Positions 20,266 through 30,327 of a stretch of 64,000 nucleotides of DNA are shown here, one piece after another (position 1 is the stretch's first letter; each line of letters opens with the position of its first letter). This stretch comes from Azolla caroliniana. Lineage: Eukaryota; Plantae; Polypodiophyta. The notes under the pieces are model-generated. The model searched no databases, had not been told where the DNA came from, and was given only the letters and a program-made list of their open reading frames with translations. The stretch covers positions 9,486,001-9,550,000 of the forward strand of contig JBHGNT010000003.1 of the NCBI GenBank assembly GCA_043228905.1. Direction: 5' to 3'. The position numbers and the translations under genes are program-made.

Positions 20266-23200
20266 TTATGACACTATCCCCCCTTTAAAACGACGAGTTT
20301 CACGAGTCGTTTTGGATTGAGGACCCGGTTTCTCGGGATATCGTCGATGGAAGTCTTCTAGAAGAGCACGAGCATTGGTCACATTCTCGATCGGTTCCCA
20401 AGTACGCTCGCTGGGACTATATCCTAGCCAATCGACTAGATAGTAGAGCTTGTTGCGAACAATCTTGGAATCGAGGATGGCAGCGACCTCATACTCAGGT
20501 CCATCTTCGAGCTCGATAGGAGGTGGAGGTTGTATAGTACGTCCTGGGATAGTGCTCTCGTGATAGGGTTCGAGGAGAGAACTATGAAACACCGGGTGTA
20601 TCCGAAGTTGCGGAGGTAGCTCGAGACGAAAAGCGACATCATTAATCTTCCCGATAATACGGAAAGGACCTAATCGTCGATAATCCAACTTCTCACATGG
20701 GCGAGTAGTCTTGATGTGTCGTCGTAGCAGCCACACCCGATCTCCAATGTTAAAACTGGATGGAAGTCGATGACGATCTGCGTAGTCCTTGTGTGATTGT
20801 TGAGCTTGCTGGAGTTGAGTAGATAAATCCGCTTGTATCTTGCGTAACCGCTCCAAACGATCCTCCGCGCAAGGATTTGTGGACACTTCTGGGGTTTCAA
20901 GGACACACCACCGGGGATGATATCCCGTATAAGCGTAGAATGGCGTGACTTTAGTCGATGCGTGGATAGCGTTATTATAGGCAAATTCGGCGAACTGAAG
21001 AATATCTGCCCAGTCATTCTGATGATAGTTGAGAAAGCACCGCAGATACTGCTCCAGTGTTTGATTTGTTCGTTCGGCTTGACCGTCGGTTTGTGGGTGG
21101 TAGCCGGAGGAGAGGTTACAAGTGACCTTCAGCATTTTAAAAAGGTGCTTCCAGAATTTTGACACAAACTGGGGTCCACGATCGCTGATGATATTATCAG
21201 GGAGTCCATGATGCCGACATACTTCCCGCATGACAATTTCGGCGGTGTCTTCACTAGATATTTCTTTAGTACATGGTAAGAAATGAGCCATCTTCGTATA
21301 TCGATCCACCACTGTGAGAATCGCACTGAATCCCTTAGAGACTGGAAGATCTGTAATGAAGTCAAGAGCAATGGATTGCCATGGCTTGCTTGGAATTGGT
21401 AATGGTTCTAATAAACCATATGGATGATGTCTTGGCATTTTCGCTCTGCAGCATGTATCGCAAGTCCGAACAAAATCTTCGACAAATTGTCGCATACGGG
21501 GCCACCAGAATGATCGTTGTACTAAATCTAATGTTTTAGTACTACCAAAATGTCCTGCTGTATATGTGTCATGGCAGTTTTGTACTACTCGAAGGCGGCA
21601 AGAACCATTAGGAACATACAAAAGTTCTTTAAAGAAGAGTAATCCATCACAGTATTTGAATTGCCGATAATCCGTACCTGGTGATTGTGATTGTGAACAT
21701 GACGCTCGAGAGGGGTCAATTTGTGCTAGTATAGCTTGGGCGAAAGCGTCAGTCTTCAAGTCCTCACGTATAGTATTGGTAATGTCGGAATCTACGGGCA
21801 TGTCAAAGATCTGTGCTGCTTGCAGTCGTGCTGGACCCAAGATTACTTGCTTCTGGTTATCGAAAGCTGGCTCACCGGGACGTGGTGTTAGATACGAACG
21901 CCGTGATAATGCATCTGCCTTCCCTTGGTGCTTCCCCGGACGATATGTAATTTTGAAGTCGAAGCGTGTGAGGAAGTGGGCCCACCGAGCTTGACGTCGA
22001 TTCAGTACACGAGCATCTTGAAAGTAGGCAAGGTTCTTGTGGTCACTGAATACAGTGACCTGATGAGGAGATCCCTCCAGGAAATGCCTCCATTGCATAA
22101 AAGAATCAACTATTGCTAATAGCTCTTTATCATGAATTTCGTAGTTGATTTCGGCGGCGTCAAACTTACGGGAGTGGAAAGCCACAGGATGTAGCTTCTC
22201 GTCGTTACCCTGTTGTGACAGAATGCTCCCCAATGCGAAATCCGATGCATCAGCTTCGATAATGAATGGTTTTTCCGGATCCACATGACCTAAAATTGGA
22301 GCTGATGTAAACGCCTTCTTAAGACTCTCGAAAGCCATGTCCGTCTCTTTAGACCAAATGAATGATTGTCCCTTCCTGGTGAGCTGTGTGAGAGGCAGCA
22401 CAATTTTTGAGTAATTTTGTATGAACTTCCGGTAGAAATTTGCAAAGCCTAGGAAGCATTGCACATCCCGCACCGAACGCGGAGTGTGCCATTCTATCAC
22501 CGTTTTGACCTTGGCTGGGTCCATAGATATGCCTTCTGAGGAGATGACATAGCCGAGAAACTCCACTTGGTTGCACCCGAAACTACATTTCTCTAACTTT
22601 GCATACAGACCATGTTCTCGAAGTCGTTTTAGTACTAATAGTACATGAGCATCATGTTCTTCTTGGGTCTTTGAATAAACCAGTAGATCATCCAAATAGA
22701 TGATCAAAAAATCATCCAAGAGATCTCGAAATATATCATTCGCCATGTGCTGGAAGACTGCCGGCGCATTAGTGAGTCCGAACGGCATGACCGTATACTC
22801 GAAGTGCCCATATCTGGTGCGAAACGCGGTCTTCCATTCATCTCCTGGTCGGATCCGTACGAGGTTATAGGCTCCTCGTAAGTCGATCTTCGTGAAGAAC
22901 CTGGCACCGTTGATCCGTTCTAAAAGACTTGAGATAAGGGGAAGAGCATACCTATTTCTTACTGTGACCTTATTCAAGCCACGGTAATCTACAACGAGTC
23001 GAAGCGAGCCATCTTTTTTCTTGACGAAGAAAATGGGTGCGCCGGCTGGAGATTTCGAATGCCGAATGAAACCGTTCTCCAAATTCTCCTCTATATAGGC
23101 TCGAAGGACTTCTAGCTCGGTTGGTGACAAATTGTAGATCGGCCCCCATGGCGGCTCTTTTCCCGGTTGTAAGTCGATGGCGCAGTCGTACGGCCGATGA

Positions 23201-23862
23201 TGAGGAAGTGTGTTGGCTTGTACTTTATCGAACACATCAGCATACTGACGATACTTCTCGGGAAGTTGAACGGTGGACTCCTCTTTGGTGGTGCTGGAGG
23301 GTTGTACTGATATTGCAAAGAGAAACATTTCCTCCTTGCGCCCTTCCTCACGCAACTGACGTAGCGAAATGGTTGCAACCTTCTGGGTAGATCCTTGGGT
23401 TTGTCGCAACCGGATTTCCCTTGTCCTCCAATCTATGTCTGGGTCATGTAACTCGAACCATGGTAATCCTAAAACTATGGGATGTTCTGGAATACTAATA
23501 ATATTAAATGATACTACACATGTTAAGTTATCTAGGACAATATTAACGGGTTCCGACTCTTCTATGATATTACCAGAAGCAATGGGACGACCATCAATGA
23601 CTACTACTGAGGCTGGACATGGGAGCTTTCTGAGAGATATCTGATGAGCTCGGGCAAAATTCCTATCCATGAAGCAAGAATTAGCTCCGGAATCTAGAAG
23701 GGCTAAGGTATGTACTGGAGGGGTACTTTTAGTACTAACTGCTACTTGGACTACGAACACATCACTAACTTGCTTAGAGGGAATGGAACCACTAATGGGC
23801 TGCACAGATCTAGGGCTGTCCAACCAAACGGCTCCTATTTTGGCTGGACTTAGTCGTTTAAC
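20266..23862 (-). CDS. Pol polyprotein (protease, RT, RNase H, integrase, chromodomain), probably reached by a -1 frameshift
   Basis: Open frame of at least 1185 aa: LLDSGA, YLDDLLVYS, EADASDFALG, HHCC, SDRGPQF, YLVDWLGY. The frame is -1 relative to gag. Confidence 0.95.
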   Translation of the reverse strand, partial: VKRLSPAKIGAVWLDSPRSVQPISGSIPSKQVSDVFVVQVAVSTKSTPPVHTLALLDSGANSCFMDRNFARAHQISLRKLPCPASVVVIDGRPIASGNIIEESEPVNIVLDNLTCVVSFNIISIPEHPIVLGLPWFELHDPDIDWRTREIRLRQTQGSTQKVATISLRQLREEGRKEEMFLFAISVQPSSTTKEESTVQLPEKYRQYADVFDKVQANTLPHHRPYDCAIDLQPGKEPPWGPIYNLSPTELEVLRAYIEENLENGFIRHSKSPAGAPIFFVKKKDGSLRLVVDYRGLNKVTVRNRYALPLISSLLERINGARFFTKIDLRGAYNLVRIRPGDEWKTAFRTRYGHFEYTVMPFGLTNAPAVFQHMANDIFRDLLDDFLIIYLDDLLVYSKTQEEHDAHVLLVLKRLREHGLYAKLEKCSFGCNQVEFLGYVISSEGISMDPAKVKTVIEWHTPRSVRDVQCFLGFANFYRKFIQNYSKIVLPLTQLTRKGQSFIWSKETDMAFESLKKAFTSAPILGHVDPEKPFIIEADASDFALGSILSQQGNDEKLHPVAFHSRKFDAAEINYEIHDKELLAIVDSFMQWRHFLEGSPHQVTVFSDHKNLAYFQDARVLNRRQARWAHFLTRFDFKITYRPGKHQGKADALSRRSYLTPRPGEPAFDNQKQVILGPARLQAAQIFDMPVDSDITNTIREDLKTDAFAQAILAQIDPSRASCSQSQSPGTDYRQFKYCDGLLFFKELLYVPNGSCRLRVVQNCHDTYTAGHFGSTKTLDLVQRSFWWPRMRQFVEDFVRTCDTCCRAKMPRHHPYGLLEPLPIPSKPWQSIALDFITDLPVSKGFSAILTVVDRYTKMAHFLPCTKEISSEDTAEIVMREVCRHHGLPDNIISDRGPQFVSKFWKHLFKMLKVTCNLSSGYHPQTDGQAERTNQTLEQYLRCFLNYHQNDWADILQFAEFAYNNAIHASTKVTPFYAYTGYHPRWCVLETPEVSTNPCAEDRLERLRKIQADLSTQLQQAQQSHKDYADRHRLPSSFNIGDRVWLLRRHIKTTRPCEKLDYRRLGPFRIIGKINDVAFRLELPPQLRIHPVFHSSLLEPYHESTIPGRTIQPPPPIELEDGPEYEVAAILDSKIVRNKLYYLVDWLGYSPSERTWEPIENVTNARALLEDFHRRYPEKPGPQSKTTRETRRFKGGIVS

Positions 23863-25019
23863 TCTTCTTCTAATTGGCTAAGGACATCAAATTTGTTTGC
23901 GAGATTCGGACTATTAGTACTATTAGGACTATTATGACTATGAGGATTATCAGAGATTCCTACTGAAATAGACTCGGGTTTAGTATAGTCAGAACTAACA
24001 ATGACTTGGTTTACCTGCCTTCTTGGTCTATGGGGACAGTTTATCGCGATATGCCCTGGTCCACCGCAATAAAGGCATAATCGGTTTGTTCGGCGTCGTT
24101 GCTTTTCCTCCTCCGATAGCGGCCCACGACGACGTGTAGTGTCAATTTCCATTGGAGTTGGAGTACTTACTGGAGGCGCATTATGTGACTCCCTTTGAAA
24201 AGGTTTCGCTACCACTGAGGCATAGGTAGGCTCGGATCTTGCCCTCGGCATCTGAAATTGTCGTTCCGAACGTCGCTCGAAGAGGCGGTTGTCACATCTG
24301 ACCGCTCGACTGATTGCTTCTGTTAATGATTTTGGCTCTTCAGGGAAAGTCAAGAGTAAATCCTTGACATCGTTGCGTAGACCATAGCGGAACTGCTCCA
24401 TCAATGCTTGATCATCCCAGGGGATATCGGCGGCGAGTAGGCGGAAATCTGCAGCATATGCGGAGGCTGGACGGTCACCTTGGCGTAATCGCCGGATTTT
24501 GTTGATTGCAGTCCTTATGCTGTCAGTATCTCCAAAACATGCTTTAAACTCACTTATGAATTCTTCAAAATTATTTAGTACTGGAGATTCCTTTTCTAGT
24601 AGCGGAGCGAACCATGCTAATGCTGAGCCATTTAACAACGTGCCTACTAAACCCACTCGTGATGCATCGGTGGGATATCGGGACGGATGCATTTGAATAA
24701 CTAACCGTACCTGGTTAAGAAACCCTCTAAACTGCGATCGCGTTCCATCGAACTTCGTGGGAAGGCCAATCTTGGGTTCTTTATGAATCCCTTGTGCTCC
24801 GTGCCCTTGTTGTTGCATTGCTACGATGGTTGCTTCGAGTTGTTGCACGCGTAACGCAAGTTCCCCATGCTGTTGTTGCGTTTGCTGCTTTTCTAAGGAA
24901 ATTTGCTGAAGATCCCCCAACAAGCGTTGATTTTCTTGTTCCAAAGCATGAAACTTCTCTTTCAAGCATTGAAATTCCGAGAAAACGGATTGATACTCTT
25001 CAGCGCTAACGGTGGCCAT
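23850..25019 (-). CDS. Gag protein (coiled-coil N-terminus, retrotransposon gag domain, CCHC knuckle)
   Basis: 389 aa; PTKFDG, LRQG..ASAYAADF, PMEID, CLYCGGPGHIAINC. Confidence 0.93.
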   Translation of the reverse strand: MATVSAEEYQSVFSEFQCLKEKFHALEQENQRLLGDLQQISLEKQQTQQQHGELALRVQQLEATIVAMQQQGHGAQGIHKEPKIGLPTKFDGTRSQFRGFLNQVRLVIQMHPSRYPTDASRVGLVGTLLNGSALAWFAPLLEKESPVLNNFEEFISEFKACFGDTDSIRTAINKIRRLRQGDRPASAYAADFRLLAADIPWDDQALMEQFRYGLRNDVKDLLLTFPEEPKSLTEAISRAVRCDNRLFERRSERQFQMPRARSEPTYASVVAKPFQRESHNAPPVSTPTPMEIDTTRRRGPLSEEEKQRRRTNRLCLYCGGPGHIAINCPHRPRRQVNQVIVSSDYTKPESISVGISDNPHSHNSPNSTNSPNLANKFDVLSQLEEELND

Positions 25020-25240
25020 GGGATGAAGGAAAAGGGAAATAAGAGACTAGTAGGAAAGGAGAGAGACAGAAGGAAGAGGGAGACTAGTAGGGAAAATCGG
25101 TTCAAACTGTCAGGAACTCTATTAAGGCAGAGAAGGAATTAGTACTAAAAGAAGGATTAGTACTATTGTTGGGGAATAGTACTAAGACAGAGAAGGATTA
25201 GTACTATGAGAGGTGTCGAACTTTGAGAGAAGGAATGAGT

Positions 25241-25280
<40 letters not shown>

Positions 25281-25399
25281 TGATGCGAAAGATATATGTA
25301 TTATATGACGGAAGATATACAACAGTAGTTAGAAGGCTTAAGACTGGCGTTGAACCGATTTGGTTCGAACTAATGCCTTGCGCCTCCTTTTATAGTGTC

Positions 25400-25447
25400 T
25401 TCAGGAATACTCCTGAAGTTTCTAGAATGTTCCAGAGAAATCTGGAA
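25400..25447. promoter_or_regulatory. Ten-unit heat-shock element upstream of the TATA box in the gypsy E 5' LTR (copy at 20103-20150)
   Basis: TTCagGAAtaCTCctGAAgtTTCtaGAAtgTTCcaGAGaaATCtgGAA in exact 5-bp phase; TATAAAA at 25394-25388 on the minus strand. Confidence 0.7.
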
Positions 25448-28400
25448 TATACATCAATTTCCTAATAAAACCTAAATGAAAATAATATCCTTCAAATTAC
25501 AACTCATAACCTAATGGTAAAGTCTCGACCCGTGTAACAAAAGGTTATGGGTTCGAGTCTAGTTATGACAGTCGGGTGCACACCATCGCATACATCAAGC
25601 TTCCAACGGCAGAGGCATATGGTATCTTCATCATATCTGACTTCTCTGTCTTTGCCTTCGGGCTCTACTTTCCAGAAAACTTGCAGTTTGTCGGAAGTGT
25701 CGACCCAACCGGCTTCGCATCCGACATGTTGAACCATTTAAGCACCTTTGTCACATACTTCTCCCATGATAGCCATAGTAATTTCTTCAGCCGGTCTCGG
25801 TTTATATGCATCCCTAGTATCTGTCTCGCCGGACCCAAATCTTTCATTGAGAAGGTCCAGTTCAAAGCCTTCTTCAGATTTCCGATTTTGGTTCAGTCCG
25901 GTCCGACGATCAACATGTCATCTACATACAATAGGAGTATCAGGAAATCACCTCCGTCAAATTTCTTCATGAACACGCAGTGGTCGGCTTGCATCTTGTG
26001 TTACTCTTGGTCAATCATGAAGGAGTAGAACTTCCGGTACCATTGTCGAGGAGCTTGCTTTAGTCCGTATAGGTGTTCCTTCCCTTTCTTCTCAAATCCT
26101 TCCGGTTGTTGCATGTAGATCTCTTCTTCGAGGTCGCCATGTAGGAATTCCATCTTGATGTCCAGTTGCTCTACCTCGAGGTCCATGCTTGCCACTATGC
26201 TCAACACCGTCCGGATGGATGTCATCTATACTACCTAGGTGAAGATCTCGTCGAAATCCACTCCTTTCTTTTGTTGAAAACCCTTCACCACGATACGGAC
26301 CTTGTACCTCGGTGGATTTCTGGCGTCTCTCGGTTTCAACTTGTACACCCACTTGTTCTAGAGTGCCCTCTTTCCTTTCGGCAACTCCGTCAGTTCGTAT
26401 GTGTGGTTCTCATTCAGGGAATCCATCTCGTCCTGCATGGCACTCAACCACTTGCGGTTGTGGGTGTCTTTCTTTGCTTCTTTGAAGCTTTCCGGCTCCC
26501 CCTCATCGGTCAACAATACGTGCTCTGCATCCGGAAATCTCCAGGGGCTCTTCTCTCCTTGAGAGGATATCTTCTTCCTTGGTTCTCGTCCACCGGTTCC
26601 TCCGTCTATTCTTCATCTGAATCTAATTTGGGGTATTGTGTTGTTCCGGTGTCTTGATCTTCTTCTTCTTCGATTGGTTCGGTCTCTTGTCTGACTCCGG
26701 CTGGTTCTTCGAGTGTTATCCTGCTTCCGATCATATGGGTCCCGTCGGTCGATCCGAAGTCTATTATCTTCTTCTTCGACTCCCAATCGGCAACAGTCTT
26801 GTCTTCCATGAAGACTCTGTCTCAACTCCGGAACACCTTCTTGTCAATCAATTCCCACACTTGGTATCCAAACTCATCATCGTCGTATCCAAGGAATATG
26901 CATGGTTGGGACTTTAGATCCAACTTTGCTCTCTTATCCTTTGCAACATGCACATAAGCGAGACAACCGAATATCTTCAGATGCCGGTAAGACACGTCTT
27001 TACCGATTCATACTCTCTGTGGTGTGTCTCCTTCCAAGGGTGTTGAGGGTGATATGTTAACCACGTATGTCACCGTCATCAGCGTCTCAGCCCAAAACGT
27101 CTTGGATAACTTTGCATGTGCTAGCATGCTTCGGACTCTCTCCATTATGGTTCGGTTCATCCGTTCAGCCAGCCCGTTCAATTCCGGCGTCTTCGGCACG
27201 GTGAATTCGAGCTGGATTCCCTTCGACCGATAGTACTCCTCGAACTGCCCCTGGTATTCACCTCCATTATATGCTCGAACCGCCTTTAGCTTCCGCCTTC
27301 GTCTTCAACGGTGAGACCCGCAGCTTCCTGTTGTGGTCGTCTATGAACGTCACGAAGTACTGCAATCCAACATGTGACTTCATGTCCACTTGACACACAT
27401 CGGTATGCACCAACTCTAGTGGTGCATTCCATCTCATCGGTGTTCTTGACCGGAAGGAGGTTCGGTTTTGCTTGTCGGCCAAGCAATCGGTGCACTTTTC
27501 AAGATGCATGTATTTCACCTCCGGACTGAGGTTATCTTCGGCAAGTCTTTTCATCCCCTTCTAGCTCATATGACACAGTCTCTTGTGACACAGCTCACCT
27601 GCATTGTCGGATGCTACGTTCACTTCTTCCCGGCATAACCGAGCGTGCATCAGGTACATCGTGTTGATCTTCCGGGCTCGAGCCACGATCAGGCTTCCTT
27701 TGCTGAATTTCATTGCTCCGTTCCGGATGCTACCCGTGTAGCCTTCATCATCTAGCCTATCGGTTGATAGCAGGTTTAACCGAACCTCCGGAACGTGTCA
27801 GACATCCTTTAGCAGCAACTTGCACTCGGTTGAAGTCGTCAACCACACATCTCCTATGCCGACAATTCCCTTCATTCCCCATACGGACACAGCCGAGATC
27901 TCCGGCTCTATAGGACGAGAAGCATTTCCAATCCGGTGTCAGGTGGAATGATGCTCCGGAATCGACAACCCACATTGTCTCGTCGCTGACAAGGTTTAAC
28001 TCATTCTCCTTGATGATGAGCAATAGTTCTTCTTCACTTGTCGTGATTGCCGATGTTCCTTTCCAATCCGGACCTCTTCGGTCCAAACCATTTCAGTCCG
28101 AACTCTTCTTCGAATCGGTGGTGTGGGCCCCTTTCTCTTTCCGGAAATGCCGACAGTATTTCTAGAAGTGCCTCGGCTTCCCATACTAGAAGCAAGTAGG
28201 ATTCCCCCTTGAGTTTGATTTCGCCCCAGATTTGTCCCGGTTTTGGGGACTCTGATTTCGGCCTCTTCCCTAGTTTTGGTCATCTTCCGTAATTGAAGCC
28301 TTCGGTTCGGTTCCAGATTCCCGACCCTTTCAGCAAGCTTCTTCATCTAGCAAGCTTGATTTTACCCTTGCTAGGGACAACTGCTTTCCTTCCGGCCCGG

Positions 28401-29186
28401 CGTTGCCCAAAGTGACAACTAGCATCTCCCAACTATCCGGGAGGGAACCGAGCAAGAGCAATGCAAGTACCTCGTCAGCCAGAGGTAATTCAAGCGAAGT
28501 TGTTTGATTTATGAGCCCCTGGAATTTGTTCATGTGCTCCACCATGCTGGCTCTGTCCTGGTACTGGAGTCTCACTAACTTTCGGAATACCGAAACCCGA
28601 TTTACGGTGCTTTTGCTCAAATGCATCACCTCCCATGTCATGGCATCGATCTTGTCCAATTTCTTGTCCCCGAACTGTACCGACAGCCAGAGATCTTTGA
28701 CCATGCACATGTCCCTCATCTTCGACTTCCACACTCGGTAGTTGGAGTTGGTGAGCTTGAACATGCTTCCAAATGACTCTTCCATTTTCTTGTTCGCTCT
28801 GATACCAGTTTGTGTGGAATAGCGCTTGGTCACAACCGAGACTCGAACACTTTATGAAAGAACAAAAAAAACAGAAATGGAGGTTCGTACACTTACACAA
28901 AAGAAGCGACACAGGATGTTTACGTGGAAATACCTAATAGGGAAAAACCACGGGAGCCCACACACTCCAACTATCACTACATGAGAAAGGAGGTACAACC
29001 GGAGACTCAAAGGCAACGACCTCAACCTCTTCATCTTCGCCAACCGGCGGCTTCTCTTCTCTCTCTCTCTATACAACTATGATACAACTACAACTAACAA
29101 CAACAACTACTGAAGTGATTGCCCTAAGTCATATTTATACTTATATGACTTTAGAACTATTTACAAATATAGCCTTTACAGGTACA

Positions 29187-29395
29187 CCAGAAACATATTT
29201 GTAGATATGTCCTTGTTAACCGGATTCATCTGGATACCTTCTTGTTCCTTCCCAACCAGAAACATATTTGTAGATATGTCCTTGTTAACCGGATTCATCC
29301 GGATACCTTCTTGTTCCTTCCCAACCAGAAACATATTTGTAGATATGTCCTTGTTAACCGGATTCATCCGGATACCTTCTTGTTCCTTCCCAACA
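29187..29395. repeat. Three 69-bp tandem copies at the outer end of the copia D 5' LTR
   Basis: AAACATATTTG starts at 29191, 29260 and 29329; the units are nearly identical. Confidence 0.9.
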
Positions 29396-30327
29396 AAAAC
29401 TTGGGGCATTCTGAATTGAACTCAAGACCACTCGTGCCCAAAGCGAGAATCATACCACTAGACCATATGCCCTTGTTAACCTACAACTTCGTTTTGAGTT
29501 CGAACTCAAACGGCTCCCGTCGAGGTTAGGAACGTGGGGGCATTCCGAGAATTGAACTCGTGACCTCTCGCACCCAAAGCGAGAATCATACCCTTGTTAA
29601 CCTACAAGGTCATTTTGAGTTCGAACTCAAACCGCTCCCGTCGAGGTTAGGAACGTGGGGGCATTCCGAGAATTGACCTTGGGACCTCTCACACCGTAAG
29701 CGAGAATCATGCCACTAGACCAAATGCCCTCATTAACATTGTAAATATGTTCAAAATAATAAATTATTCACATTTTGACAACTGAACTCAAACTCCTCTC
29801 ATAGAGGTAACTGAAGTGGGGCATTCCAAGAATTGAACTTGGGACCTTAAACGAGAATCATGCCACTAGACCAAATGCCTTTTCAATGTTAAAAGTGCTA
29901 AATTAGCCATGTTTTGATAACCTAACGAAAAGGCATGTCATCGAGGTAACAAAAGTGGTGTGTTTTTAGAAGTGAACTCCGGATCTCTCACTTGAAGAAA
30001 GAATCATGCCACTAGACCAAATGCCATTGTGAATATTATAACTATGTTCAAATCCAAACTAGTTGTTCTTTGAAAACTAAAATCAAAGACCTATTGTTAT
30101 GTTTTTACAACCAAACTCAAACATCTCTCGTCGATATTAGTAAGGTTGAAGCATTTCGAGAATTGAAACCGGGAACTCTCGCACCCAAAGCGAGAATCAT
30201 GCCACTAGACCAAATGTCGTTGCAAACCTACAACTTTTTTGAGTTTGAACTCAAATGCCTCTCATCGAGGTTACGTGGGGATTTCTGAGAAGTGAACTCG
30301 GGACCTCTCGCACCCAAAGCGAGAATC
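29396..30327 (-). repeat. tRNA-Pro-derived tandem array, segment 3 (about 7 units); right end of the array
   Basis: Same monomer and higher-order block as segment 2, e.g. the unit at 29658-29729. Confidence 0.9.

Larger units (their letters stand above)
19811..25570 (-). mobile_element. Intact, young Ty3/gypsy chromovirus (Tcn1/Tf1-like) 'gypsy E'
   Basis: 463-bp LTRs at 19811-20273 and 25108-25570 with one visible difference. Perfect TSD GTCGG. PPT AAAGGGGGGATAG. Intact gag and pol. Confidence 0.97.
18647..29395 (-). mobile_element. Degenerate Ty1/copia element 'copia D' (copia A family) containing nested gypsy E
   Basis: LTRs at 18647-19175 and 28811-29395. PBS-Met ends at 28807; PPT at about 19178-19186. 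Decayed TSD GAAAG/AAAAC, with the tRNA array continuing in register across the element. Fragmented Gag-Pol in 19200-19810 and 25576-28784. Confidence 0.9.
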
